A stretch of 64,000 nt of DNA from Chitinophagales bacterium (GTDB taxonomy: Bacteria; Bacteroidota; Bacteroidia; Chitinophagales; UBA10324), in the NCBI GenBank assembly GCA_039810885.1, contig JBDHXV010000001.1, positions 13,527 through 77,526 on the forward strand, in the 5' to 3' direction. Shown piece by piece: positions 30,481-40,533 of this stretch. The position numbers and the translations under genes are program-made. The stretch's first letter is position 1. Each line of letters begins with the position of its first letter. The notes beneath the pieces are model-generated. The model saw only the letters and a list, made by a program, of their open reading frames with translations, did no database searches and had not been told where the DNA came from.

Positions 30481-31620
30481 ATGTCTAAAATCATATTGTT
30501 AGGAACAGCTCATCCTTTACGCGGTGGATTGGCATCTTATAATGAGCGTTTAGCCGGTGAACTTATAGCTAAAGGCCATGACGTGAGCATTTATACTTTT
30601 CGCCTGCAATACCCTTCTGTTTTATTTCCCGGAAAGACACAATTCAGCACATCGCCTCCTCCGAAAGAGATTGACATAAAGGTTGTAGTCAATTCAATTA
30701 ACCCGTGGAATTGGCTTAAAATAGGTAAAGAAATAGCACAGTCGAAGCCGGACATCTTAATAACTAAATATTGGTTGCCCTTTATGGCTCCTTGCCTTGG
30801 AACAATATGCCGGCTTGTTCGAAAGAATAAGCATACAAAAGTGATTTGCATTCTTGATAATTTAATTCCTCATGAGAAACGTATCGGCGATGAGTCTTTA
30901 ACACGGTATTTTATGAGAAGCATTGATGCTTGTATTGCACAATCTTCGTCCGTGTTTCAAGAGATTAATGTATTTTCCAAAGAACTTCCCAGAAAATTAA
31001 ATCCTCATCCCATTTTCGACAATTTCGGAGATGAAGTCAGTAGAGAGGATGCTCTTGCTCATCTACAACTCGACTCGTCCTACAAATATGTTCTGTTCTT
31101 TGGGTTCATTCGCGACTATAAAGGGCTTGATATTATTCTAAAAGCTTTTGCTTTGTTAAAGTCTAGCGATACATCTGTGAAACTAATCGTAGCAGGTGAG
31201 TTTTATAGCGATCCCCAGCCCTATCTGGATATAATAAGATCATTGGATTTAAGTAATCACGTTATTTTAAAAACAGATTTTATCCCTGATGAAGAGGTTC
31301 GCTATTATTTCTGTGCCGCAAATATTGTAGCGCAGCCCTATAAGCATGCAACGCAGAGTGGTGTTACGCAGATTTGCTATCACTTTAATAGACCTATGCT
31401 TGTAACCAATGTAGGCGGGCTACCCGAGATCGTGCCCAATGGTAAAGTGGGCTATGTCACTGAGGCAAATGAACATGCTGTTGCCGATGCCCTGAGTGAC
31501 TTTTTTTTGAAACAACGTGAAAGCGAATTTTCTAACAATGTGAAAACGGAAAAGATTAAATACGCTTGGTCAACCATGGTCGATTCAATAATTGAGTTAT
31601 CAGAGCAGGTTAAAAGATAA
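30481..31620 (+). CDS. Glycosyltransferase family 4 (GT-B fold)
   Basis: FFGFIRDYKG, PYKHATQSG and TNVGGLPEIV motifs. Confidence 0.9.
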   Translation: MSKIILLGTAHPLRGGLASYNERLAGELIAKGHDVSIYTFRLQYPSVLFPGKTQFSTSPPPKEIDIKVVVNSINPWNWLKIGKEIAQSKPDILITKYWLPFMAPCLGTICRLVRKNKHTKVICILDNLIPHEKRIGDESLTRYFMRSIDACIAQSSSVFQEINVFSKELPRKLNPHPIFDNFGDEVSREDALAHLQLDSSYKYVLFFGFIRDYKGLDIILKAFALLKSSDTSVKLIVAGEFYSDPQPYLDIIRSLDLSNHVILKTDFIPDEEVRYYFCAANIVAQPYKHATQSGVTQICYHFNRPMLVTNVGGLPEIVPNGKVGYVTEANEHAVADALSDFFLKQRESEFSNNVKTEKIKYAWSTMVDSIIELSEQVKR

Positions 31621-31623
31621 ACT

Positions 31624-33228
31624 TTACTTCTTCTGTTTCATCAACGATTTCACGTATTCAATAGAAGCAATTAAATCAACGTTCTCAGGGTCGTTTACCA
31701 ATGCTTTTTCAAAACTGCTGATAGCTTCAGGATAATTTTTAAGTTTAATGTAATAATTACCAAAGTATTGATAGGCCTCGTTCAGTTCTTTTTTGTATTT
31801 CACCGGATCGGTATTACCTAATTCAATTACTTTAGCATAATAAGGAGATGCAAGCCCTGCCGGAGTTTCCTGCTTATCTAAACTCTGATTGCATCGTGCA
31901 CGCCAGAGGTAGCCTTGAACCCATACAGAAGAAAGTTCGGTAACTTTCAAAAAGGCAGTATCGGCTTTTGCATAAGCCGAATCAAAGTAATATGCCCGAC
32001 CTAATGTAAAATAATCCTGTATGGTAGGTTTAGACATAGATTTAATCTTCAAATCATAGAAGTAGGCTGCCTTCTTAAAATTCTTAGCTTGATAAAACGT
32101 AGTGGCTATCTCTCCTATTAATTCTCTTTTACTTGTATCAATAGAAGCGGCCTTTTCATAGTTGATAATCATAAGTGAATCGTTGCCTTTCTTTTGATAC
32201 AACTTACCTAAATATTCATAATCTGAACCCAAAATGCGCTTAGGGTCGGCCTTGCTAAAAAACAAGTTCATCGCTTGAATCCCTTTATCATAATCACCGG
32301 TTTCATAGTAGCTATATCCTGCTATGCGATACATCATATATTTATCGGGCTGGCTCTTTATGACTTCATTAATCTGATTTAATGCACCGCTATAATCTTT
32401 GTTGAGAAAAAGAAGTTGAGCGTGTTGGTAAAGAATATTGACATCAATGTCTGCTAATTTCATATACTTCTCATAAGATTCTTTTGCTTTTTCATATTGT
32501 CCTGTAGCATAATATAATTCAGATATTCCTTTTAATGCGGGAGCATATTCGGCATTGGCACTTAATGCCTTCTGAAACGCAGTTAATGACTCGTTATATT
32601 TTCTGGCATACGTCCATACAATACCAATTTTACACTGAGCTGCATAGAGAGCTGGATTATATTGTAAGGCAAGTTCATAGTTGTTTACAGCATCACCTCC
32701 TTTTAGTAATTGAAAAAATGCATCACCAAGCATCATATAAACTTCTGCATTCTTGTAGTTGATTTCCTGACTTTTCTTTAATTGTACAATAGCTTCTTCT
32801 GCATTAGGGTTGTTTTGATTCAAATAAGCGTCAGCCACCCACAGATAGTAATTTACGTCTTTATTTCCTGCTATAGATTTTGCCTGTTTAAAATATTCTA
32901 AGGCTTTTGCATTGTCTTTATTGTGTAATGCTATTTTAGCTAAGCCACAATAGTTAGGTGCATACTTCGCATTTGCTGAAATGCCTGCTTGATAAGCAAG
33001 AGCAGCAGAATCATATTTTGAGACATAGCATAACGAATTGCCCCAATAGTAGTATGCTTCCGCATTAGTCGGTTCATGCTTACAAACTTCAGCATATAAA
33101 TGAGATGCCGTAGCATAATTTTGGTTTTGGTAGGCTTTAGCAGCTTCGCTTAATTGTGCACTTGCACTAAAGGCCATTAATAGGTATCCGGTAAATAAAC
33201 TCAGGTTCAGTATCGTTTTGTGCTTCAT
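31624..33228 (-). CDS. Periplasmic multi-TPR protein (last gene of the Ton operon)
   Basis: Cleavable signal peptide (ASA-Q) followed by TPR repeats over the whole length. Confidence 0.85.
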   Translation of the reverse strand: MKHKTILNLSLFTGYLLMAFSASAQLSEAAKAYQNQNYATASHLYAEVCKHEPTNAEAYYYWGNSLCYVSKYDSAALAYQAGISANAKYAPNYCGLAKIALHNKDNAKALEYFKQAKSIAGNKDVNYYLWVADAYLNQNNPNAEEAIVQLKKSQEINYKNAEVYMMLGDAFFQLLKGGDAVNNYELALQYNPALYAAQCKIGIVWTYARKYNESLTAFQKALSANAEYAPALKGISELYYATGQYEKAKESYEKYMKLADIDVNILYQHAQLLFLNKDYSGALNQINEVIKSQPDKYMMYRIAGYSYYETGDYDKGIQAMNLFFSKADPKRILGSDYEYLGKLYQKKGNDSLMIINYEKAASIDTSKRELIGEIATTFYQAKNFKKAAYFYDLKIKSMSKPTIQDYFTLGRAYYFDSAYAKADTAFLKVTELSSVWVQGYLWRARCNQSLDKQETPAGLASPYYAKVIELGNTDPVKYKKELNEAYQYFGNYYIKLKNYPEAISSFEKALVNDPENVDLIASIEYVKSLMKQKK

Positions 33229-33238
33229 GACTTATTAA

Positions 33239-34153
33239 TTATTCAAATGATTTTCTAATTTCTATAACTCGTACAGGGTCTTTAGCAGGTTTCAGGCCAA
33301 TTTTATCAATAATAGTCATGCCTATATCCGATGTGATAAAGGCGGCAAACCCGGTTGCTAGTCCGTTTGTGCCCTCGCCGCTGATTAAATAAAGATTACG
33401 TAGAAACGGATAGGAGCCATCTTTTATATGCTCGGCATCGGGCTTTAAGTATTGATATGGCTTTTGATTTCTCGATATCGCAATAATGTGTAGTCCCTCT
33501 AAACGGCTGCGCACCTGCTCATCTCCAGTATCGCTGATATGATTCACTGCCAACACCCCTATGGCGGTATTATTATTTCTCACATAGTCGAACACTTCAG
33601 TTGCCGAATTTAATGCATAACAATTTTTACCAAGTTCTTGGCCCATCAGAATAGAGTCGCGGAGATAGGATGCCGTACCGGTGTTGTTTTTATCAAATAC
33701 TACGTTAAAGTTATTCTTAGATCTTTCATTGGGTTTCCCGGTTATCAATATATTCAGCATTTCTTGCTCCGTATATGTTGAGTCTATATTGGCACTGCAT
33801 ATAAAGGCAATTGCATCTGCCGCAAAAGGAATTACCTTAATGTAATATCCTCTGTCCTTTATTCCTTTCAATTCATCGTTTGTTAGTTGGCGTGAAATAC
33901 AAATCAGAGGTGTTGTGCCAAGACTAAATTCCTGCACTGCATCCGCTTCGGTAGTGAACTTTAGCTTGATGGTTGCATTTTTATAAGTGTGTTCAAAAAC
34001 TTTTTTCAACGTAGTAAACAAGGGTGTGTAGGCATCATCAACTACAACATTAACCATACCTGATGCGGGCGTATTCGTATTCTGTAAGCTTTTATTATTT
34101 GGTGTACATGCACAAACAAGGAATAAAAGGATGAAAGGAGCTAATCTATGCAT
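33239..34153 (-). CDS. PstS-like (PBP type 2) solute-binding lipoprotein
   Basis: Lipobox LVCA-C; SRQLT, DAIAFI and DGSYPFLRNLY motifs. Confidence 0.75.
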   Translation of the reverse strand: MHRLAPFILLFLVCACTPNNKSLQNTNTPASGMVNVVVDDAYTPLFTTLKKVFEHTYKNATIKLKFTTEADAVQEFSLGTTPLICISRQLTNDELKGIKDRGYYIKVIPFAADAIAFICSANIDSTYTEQEMLNILITGKPNERSKNNFNVVFDKNNTGTASYLRDSILMGQELGKNCYALNSATEVFDYVRNNNTAIGVLAVNHISDTGDEQVRSRLEGLHIIAISRNQKPYQYLKPDAEHIKDGSYPFLRNLYLISGEGTNGLATGFAAFITSDIGMTIIDKIGLKPAKDPVRVIEIRKSFE

Positions 34154-34362
34154 CAATCTCTTCTTTTTCGACTGAAAAACTTTTGATAAAACATCACAGA
34201 ACGAAATGTTGCATAAATCAGAAGTAATATTCCAAAACCGACACGCTGTGTGTCATTGAAATAAGGTTTAAAGTAGCTGCCAAATATAAAAACAAGACCT
34301 AAGCCGATATATACAAGGAGTATGCTTGCCTGAAAATAAAACATGAACGGGCGACTATGCAT
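34153..34362 (-). CDS. Small two-TM membrane protein
   Basis: Two hydrophobic helices and a basic C-terminal tail. Fills the gap between tonB and the PstS-like gene with a TGATG overlap. Confidence 0.65.
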   Translation of the reverse strand: MHSRPFMFYFQASILLVYIGLGLVFIFGSYFKPYFNDTQRVGFGILLLIYATFRSVMFYQKFFSRKRRD

Positions 34363-34373
34363 AGCCCTTCAGC

Positions 34374-35180
34374 TTATTCTGATGCAAGTTTGAAGGTAAC
34401 CGGCAAGTTAAAGAAAACGGGCACAGCTACACCGTTTTGCTTGCCTGCAGTCCATTTAGGCATATTTTTGACAACGCGAATTGCTTCATCTGTGCATCCT
34501 CCTTTAACGTCACGCAATACTTTAATCTCACTGATGGCACCATCAGAACCGACAACAAATTGTAAAACTACGGTTCCTTCAATTCCATTTTCGCGTGCTG
34601 CAGCCGGATATCGAATGTTCTTGTATAGATATTCCTGCAAGGCCTGTTCGCCTCCTGGAAATGAAGGCATTTGTTCTACGAACATCAGAGGTTTTGTCGG
34701 TGGTGGTTCAGTAACTGTTACCGGTGCGTCATTAAAGCTTACTTCTGCATTTGGGTCTATCTGAGTTGTTGTAGTTCCGGGATCAACATTTTTTAAATCC
34801 TGTAAAACAGGTGGTTCTTCATTTTGTGGCACTTCCTCATCCGGTTTAATTACCGGTGGTGTAAATCTAATAGTCTTAGGTGGTGGTGGCGGCAGGTCCG
34901 GTGGTGGTGGCGGGGGTGTTGTTTTATCCAATGGCGGAGGGGCTGCCAGTTTAGTTACGTCAACCACATTGAGCGGTTTTTTCGTCTCTATCTGTTTTTC
35001 GAGCAGTTCTTTAATAAAAGGGATGCTGAAAGCGAACAAAATCAAAAAAATACCGAGGAGTGTGGCACGGGTAATATTCTTGTTGTAGATTTTTCTCAGG
35101 TAGTAGGCCCCGTACTGTTTATTTCTACCTTCGAATATGATGTCGTTTAGGTCTGCCTGTAAGATTTTGTCGAGTTGCAT
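34374..35180 (-). CDS. tonB: Energy transducer TonB
   Basis: TM helix, proline-rich linker, VEQMPSFPGG..YPAAARENGIEGTV C-terminal domain. Confidence 0.92.
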   Translation of the reverse strand: MQLDKILQADLNDIIFEGRNKQYGAYYLRKIYNKNITRATLLGIFLILFAFSIPFIKELLEKQIETKKPLNVVDVTKLAAPPPLDKTTPPPPPPDLPPPPPKTIRFTPPVIKPDEEVPQNEEPPVLQDLKNVDPGTTTTQIDPNAEVSFNDAPVTVTEPPPTKPLMFVEQMPSFPGGEQALQEYLYKNIRYPAAARENGIEGTVVLQFVVGSDGAISEIKVLRDVKGGCTDEAIRVVKNMPKWTAGKQNGVAVPVFFNLPVTFKLASE

Positions 35181-35214
35181 GGTTGTTGTTTTAGTTAAGA
35201 TGCACTAATTGCTT

Positions 35215-35769
35215 TTATTCCACAGGTGGTAACATATTTTTTTCTTCGGGAGTAATGTCAACAATAGCATATCGTTGTATGCCGGCAATTTTCATTTCAT
35301 CGAGCACATCCACTACGTGGCCGAACTGGGCATCATCAATTGCTTTTATGAGAATAACCGGCCCTACTTCTTTTTTACCTTCGGCACGTTGCTTGGCCTT
35401 TGTTTCCGTATCAAAGTCAATGAGTACTTTGCGCAGTCCATTTGCTGAATAATTAGTTTGTTCTACCACAGGGCTTTCGCTAATTCCTTTATAATAAAAT
35501 AAACGATTGCGTTGTGCAATTATTACAGTCATAGCCTCCGACGCTTTAACTTTAGTTTGACTCGCGGTGTCTTCCGGCTTCGGTTTTTCGGGCATAATAA
35601 CTTCCATAGCATTCGGCTTGTTGAATGTGGTTGTTAACATGAAGAAAGTAACCAGCAGGAATGCCAAGTCAACCATGGGGGTCATATCTATTTTAGTAGA
35701 TACTTTTTTAGAGCGTACTCCCTTCTTTTTCTTTCCGTGGCCTTCCGACGAGGTATCGAGTTCTGCCAT
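35215..35769 (-). CDS. exbD: ExbD/TolR family protein
   Basis: IDMTPMVDLAFLLVTFFML motif. Confidence 0.9.
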   Translation of the reverse strand: MAELDTSSEGHGKKKKGVRSKKVSTKIDMTPMVDLAFLLVTFFMLTTTFNKPNAMEVIMPEKPKPEDTASQTKVKASEAMTVIIAQRNRLFYYKGISESPVVEQTNYSANGLRKVLIDFDTETKAKQRAEGKKEVGPVILIKAIDDAQFGHVVDVLDEMKIAGIQRYAIVDITPEEKNMLPPVE

Positions 35770-35806
35770 TTATTATCAGTTTCTTTGATTGTTTATATAA
35801 AATTGG

Positions 35807-36421
35807 TTAGGGCTGAGGCGCAGCATTAGGTTCGGATTTTTCACTTGTGATTAAGCTGAAACGATTAATGTTCTGGTCTTGTAGAATTTGAATAATTCGC
35901 TTCACCTTACCATACTGAGACATATTATCGGCTTTAATAACAATGATAGAACTCGGATTGGCCGCACGAGACAGAATGATCCAGTAGTTCAATTCATTGT
36001 TGATTGAGTCAATCGGTATTCCCTTTTGGTCAAAATCCTTTCTTGCTTCGGGGTCTGTGTCGAGGTAGGCCCTCATTTCATTCATCGGAACACCCATCAT
36101 TCCTAAAACCGCAAATGTGTTGATTTCATCTTGTGAAAAATCAATGTCATACTTCTTTCCCATTTGATAAATGAGTGTTTGACGGTTGTATTTTCCATCG
36201 AAGTTGAAAAATACACGACCATCATTGGCAACGATAATAGTGGTTTTGTCTTTTTCCGGCACTTTAAATTGTGAGGTGGATTTTGGATTCTCCACTTTCA
36301 CCGGCTCATCAGGCGCAAACTTTGTAGTAAGCATAAAAAACGTAACCAACAGAAACGCCATATCCACCATTGGGGTCATATCAATGGAGATTGCTTTGCG
36401 CGGTATCTTAACCTTTGGCAT
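35807..36421 (-). CDS. exbD: ExbD/TolR family protein
   Basis: IDMTPMVDMAFLLVTFFML and IKAD motifs. Confidence 0.9.
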   Translation of the reverse strand: MPKVKIPRKAISIDMTPMVDMAFLLVTFFMLTTKFAPDEPVKVENPKSTSQFKVPEKDKTTIIVANDGRVFFNFDGKYNRQTLIYQMGKKYDIDFSQDEINTFAVLGMMGVPMNEMRAYLDTDPEARKDFDQKGIPIDSINNELNYWIILSRAANPSSIIVIKADNMSQYGKVKRIIQILQDQNINRFSLITSEKSEPNAAPQP

Positions 36422-36445
36422 TTGTAGTTGTTTGGTTAGTTAGGT

Positions 36446-37240
36446 TTAATGTTTTGATGCAAAGTTTTGTGAGATGGAATAACCTGCTTCATCAATAGCG
36501 TAGGTCATATCATCAATGCTACCTGTGAAATAATTATACATAATAATTGCTAATGCAGAGGTACCGATTCCGAGTGCAGTATTGATAAGCGCTTCTGAGA
36601 TACCGGTTGATAGAGCTACGGCATCGGGAGCGCCTGCTGTTGCAAGCGCCGCAAATGCACGAATCATTCCTAATACGGTTCCGAACAGGCCTATAAGGGT
36701 TCCTATTGGAGCTAAAGTAGCTATCACCGACAAGTTCTTTTGCAGCATAGGTAATTCCAAAGCGGTTGATTCTTCTACTTCTTGCTGAATGGCCAATAAC
36801 TTTTGGTCTTTACTCATCTGAGCATCCTTACTCATCGCTTCATATTTTTCCAAGCCGGAAAGTATCACATTCGCAACAGAGCCTTTTTGTTTATTACATT
36901 CATCTTTAGCTGATTTTGTGTCGTTATTGGTCAGATGATATTGAATACGTTTAACAAAAGAGGCAATGCTGCCCTTTCCGTTAGCTTTACGAATGGTGAT
37001 AAAACGCTCGAGTGAGAATACGATAACCATCATGGCCATAGACATCAATACTGGTACAATGTATCCTCCCTTGAAAACCACACCAAGATAGTTGCCTTGC
37101 TTAGGATTGTTATCCGGATTATTATCGATGAAATTTGTTGGGTTGCCCAGGATATACATAAAAATGAGAACAGCTACCACGAAACACAATGGTATAACGA
37201 TAGCAGCAAAAATGGATGAGAGGTCTGTTTTTTTCTCCAT
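36446..37240 (-). CDS. exbB: ExbB/TolQ/MotA proton channel
   Basis: GLFGTVLGMIRAF and GISEALINTALG motifs. Confidence 0.92.
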   Translation of the reverse strand: MEKKTDLSSIFAAIVIPLCFVVAVLIFMYILGNPTNFIDNNPDNNPKQGNYLGVVFKGGYIVPVLMSMAMMVIVFSLERFITIRKANGKGSIASFVKRIQYHLTNNDTKSAKDECNKQKGSVANVILSGLEKYEAMSKDAQMSKDQKLLAIQQEVEESTALELPMLQKNLSVIATLAPIGTLIGLFGTVLGMIRAFAALATAGAPDAVALSTGISEALINTALGIGTSALAIIMYNYFTGSIDDMTYAIDEAGYSISQNFASKH

Positions 37241-37299
37241 GTTGGTTTAATTGGTTTATTAAATTTTAAATAATGTGTTTTCTATTTTTTTGAGATTGG

Positions 37300-37307
37300 C
37301 AAATATA
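37300..37307 (-). promoter_or_regulatory. -7 box (TATATTTG) for the exbB operon
   Basis: Consensus match about 60 nt upstream of exbB. Confidence 0.55.
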
Positions 37308-37398
37308 ATTTTAAAATGATGTCAGCAAAACGCTCCTAATTTTTTTTTATTCTTTGTTAATAATCTGTTTTTACAATTCGCTTACAATTCACTCCTAT

Positions 37399-39078
37399 TT
37401 ATTTAGTGGGCAGTCCTATAAAGGCGTATTTCCATCCGTAGTATATAACATGCGCTGCTGCAAATATGAGGGAGAAATAGTAGAGTATCTGATCTTCACC
37501 ATTGGAATCATAATGATGCAATATTGCCACAATAAAAAGCAGAACAGCTAAGAGCAAGCCGGTGTAACCTATAATACGTCTTTCTTTAATGCTGCGTTGA
37601 TGCTCTGTGTACAGTGATTTTTTAAATCCATACGCAGCAAACACATCTATCCCAATCATCATCCAAACAATTAACCGAACCCATGTATCTAAGGGAAGAA
37701 ATACCATCATAAATAAACACGTTATTATTCCCAAAATAGGGACTAATGGAACTAAGGGCGTTTTAAAAGAACGTGGAGCGTCAGGCATTGTGCGGCGTAG
37801 TACAATAATTCCAATACACACTAAAATGAATGCGAATAATGTCCCTATGCTTGTCATCTCACCGACTACACGAGCCGGAACAAATGCCGCAAATAAGCTT
37901 ACAAAAAGCATAAACACCATATTATTCTTTGCCGGGGTTCGATACTTAGGGTGAACTTCACTAAATATAGGTGGTATTAAGCCATCGCGACTCATACTAA
38001 AGAACACCCTACTCTGACCCATTAACATAACTAAAATTACCGATGAGTAGCCGGCCAAAATAGCAATGAGTATCGCTTTGTTTAACCAGGGATAAGCCGG
38101 AGTAATAGTTCCTGCTGCATTGGGCTGCCCCATCTGGTCTATGGCTACTGCCACGGGAGCTATTCCATCCTGTCCACGGAATAACTCATAATTAGCAACG
38201 CCCGTCATAACGTGAGCAAACAAAATATAGAGTACCGTACAGATAGCTAGAGATACCAAAATGCCGATAGGCATATCTCGTTTAGGGTTTTTTGCTTCTT
38301 GTGCTGCCGTACTCACCGCATCAAAACCGATGTAGGCAAAAAAGACAATTGCTGCTGCACGCACCACACCGCTAATACCAAACTCACCGAATTTACCGGT
38401 GTTTTCAGGAATGTAATTATTGAAATTTTCTGGTCGTATATAATGCCATCCCAAAGCAATAAAAATGAGTACTACAGACACTTTTAACAATACAATGAGT
38501 GCATTTACAAAAGCGGATTCTTTAGTGCCACGCATCAAAATACTCGACATCAACATAATAATCAAAACGGCAGGCATGTTAATAATACCGTTTACCACCG
38601 TGCCATCACTTAACGTTTGCACATCAAACGGGCTCATCGTTAAAGCACTTGGAATATGAATATCGTAATAGGATAAGAATTTGACTAAATACCTTGACCA
38701 ACTGACGCCTACCGTTGCAGCCCCAACGGCATACTCTAACACTAAATCCCAGCCGATAATCCAGGCGACATACTTCCCTAAAGTAGCAAACGAATAAGTG
38801 TAGGCACTCCCCGCTACAGGAATCATGCTGGCAAACTCGGCATAACATAATCCGGCAAATGCACAACCAATAGCCGCTATTACAAAAGATAGTGTAATTG
38901 CCGGCCCGGCATTATTTGCAGCAGCCATACCGGTTATACTAAACAAGCCTGCACCGATTATAGCTCCAATGCCCAACATCACTAATGCTGTAGCAGATAA
39001 AGTGCGTTTAAGTCCTTTCTCAGACTCTGATGCTTCAGCTAATAAATCCTTTAAGGGTTTTTTTGAAAATAATGACAT
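37399..39078 (-). CDS. APC-family amino acid permease (CAT/YfnA-like)
   Basis: GAIIGAGLF, CYAEFAS, GSAYTY and FFAYIGFD motifs. Confidence 0.92.
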   Translation of the reverse strand: MSLFSKKPLKDLLAEASESEKGLKRTLSATALVMLGIGAIIGAGLFSITGMAAANNAGPAITLSFVIAAIGCAFAGLCYAEFASMIPVAGSAYTYSFATLGKYVAWIIGWDLVLEYAVGAATVGVSWSRYLVKFLSYYDIHIPSALTMSPFDVQTLSDGTVVNGIINMPAVLIIMLMSSILMRGTKESAFVNALIVLLKVSVVLIFIALGWHYIRPENFNNYIPENTGKFGEFGISGVVRAAAIVFFAYIGFDAVSTAAQEAKNPKRDMPIGILVSLAICTVLYILFAHVMTGVANYELFRGQDGIAPVAVAIDQMGQPNAAGTITPAYPWLNKAILIAILAGYSSVILVMLMGQSRVFFSMSRDGLIPPIFSEVHPKYRTPAKNNMVFMLFVSLFAAFVPARVVGEMTSIGTLFAFILVCIGIIVLRRTMPDAPRSFKTPLVPLVPILGIITCLFMMVFLPLDTWVRLIVWMMIGIDVFAAYGFKKSLYTEHQRSIKERRIIGYTGLLLAVLLFIVAILHHYDSNGEDQILYYFSLIFAAAHVIYYGWKYAFIGLPTK

Positions 39079-39316
39079 AGGGTTCGATGAGATTTGAGCG
39101 GTAAAATAGCTTAATTGATGGGATTGTAAAGAAACATTTTATCTGGTGAATTTATATCAGATTGAGTAAACACAAACGATTGTATTCTTTTTCACGAACA
39201 CCTATGCCTTATGTACAGATGCAAAAAATAATTTTTTGCCAAATGTATTTTTAATTTAATTCAATCGCACTTTTGCAAAATAGTTTCTTAAATTATGCTC
39301 AAACCATTTGTAAACA

Positions 39317-39850
39317 TTGACTAAAACAACCACTTCATTCGTTATCCTCTTTTTAGGGATATTCTTTACACTCAGTGCCAGGTCACAGTCTGAAGAGCAA
39401 TTAAAAATAGTTTGGCCTGAAGAATACCATTGGAAAGTGGGTTCGGATCAAGAGACCAACTCGCATCACCTAATTGAGCTAATACCAGAAAATGAAAGCT
39501 TAAACGAATGGAGCATTATAGGCACGATGTTTTCGTTTAAAGATGTAAAACATGCACCCGTGGAAACTATTATGAACCTTCTCTTTGAACAAACAAAGAA
39601 AACTGCCGTGAGACCTACATTGACTGTGATTGAAAAAAATGATACTGCAAAAAATGCTTGGATTATCTTTAAGATTGAATCGCCAAAATTTAAAAAGGAT
39701 AAAACGCCCGAATCACAACTCTATTATCTAATTCAAGGGAATACCTCGCTCTACTCCAACTTTGTAGCAATAAAGGAGAAAACCCTCTCAGATGATTTTG
39801 TTGCGAAATGGTCTAAGATTTTTAGAAACAGTGAATTAATTTACCAATAA
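39317..39850 (+). CDS. Exported hypothetical protein
   Basis: 177-aa ORF with signal peptide (ARS-Q), TTG start, no recognised motif. Confidence 0.65.
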   Translation: MTKTTTSFVILFLGIFFTLSARSQSEEQLKIVWPEEYHWKVGSDQETNSHHLIELIPENESLNEWSIIGTMFSFKDVKHAPVETIMNLLFEQTKKTAVRPTLTVIEKNDTAKNAWIIFKIESPKFKKDKTPESQLYYLIQGNTSLYSNFVAIKEKTLSDDFVAKWSKIFRNSELIYQ

Positions 39851-39862
39851 TGAAATCGTAAT

Positions 39863-40444
39863 ATGGCTACAGACATGAATCAACTCTCGGCCTTAAATAA
39901 CTTGAAATTTATGCCAAGAATGAATCGAATATTTGCTGACACGGAGGCCTTAATTTTCTTCTTGGTTATTATAGGAATGACAGCATTGGTCGCTCTTATA
40001 GTTTCAAGATATCTTCAAAATAAAATTATTAAAAAAACCAAGAGCGAGCATGCTGATATTACGAATGTGTTATTTATTAAGCATTTAGTAGTTGCTACCA
40101 TCTATTTCGTTGGCTTCGGTTGGGCATTGCTTTCACTGCCAATCACACACACCTTTGCACATTCGTTATTTGCCGGTGCCGGTATTACTACATTGGTTTT
40201 AGGATTTGCATCACAAGGCTTATTTAACAATACAATTAGTGGAATGTTTTTAGTTCTCAATAGGCCATTCAAAGTGCATGATATTATCGAGTTTCAAGGA
40301 ATAAAAGGAAAAGTAGTAGAAATAAATATTAACTCTGTAAAAGTTCGAGAAGAGGATGGGAATATCACTATCATCCCAAGTTCTCTTTTTCTAAGTAACA
40401 AATTAAAGATTATAGACAAAGCCTCACACCAGCACAATAATTAA
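39863..40444 (+). CDS. Short MscS-family mechanosensitive channel
   Basis: LGFASQGLFNNTISG, RPFKVHD and GKVVEI motifs. Confidence 0.8.
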   Translation: MATDMNQLSALNNLKFMPRMNRIFADTEALIFFLVIIGMTALVALIVSRYLQNKIIKKTKSEHADITNVLFIKHLVVATIYFVGFGWALLSLPITHTFAHSLFAGAGITTLVLGFASQGLFNNTISGMFLVLNRPFKVHDIIEFQGIKGKVVEININSVKVREEDGNITIIPSSLFLSNKLKIIDKASHQHNN

Positions 40445-40533
40445 TTTCTTAAAATGAGAAGAGTTACACGATCTCATAGTTTTTGGAATTATTTTTGAGA
40501 GATGAGATGCTTATCTATCTATAAAACTAAAAA

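Noticed and set aside
34853-34945. GGT/GGC trinucleotide repeats
   Set aside because: They encode the TonB polyproline linker and are not a contingency locus.
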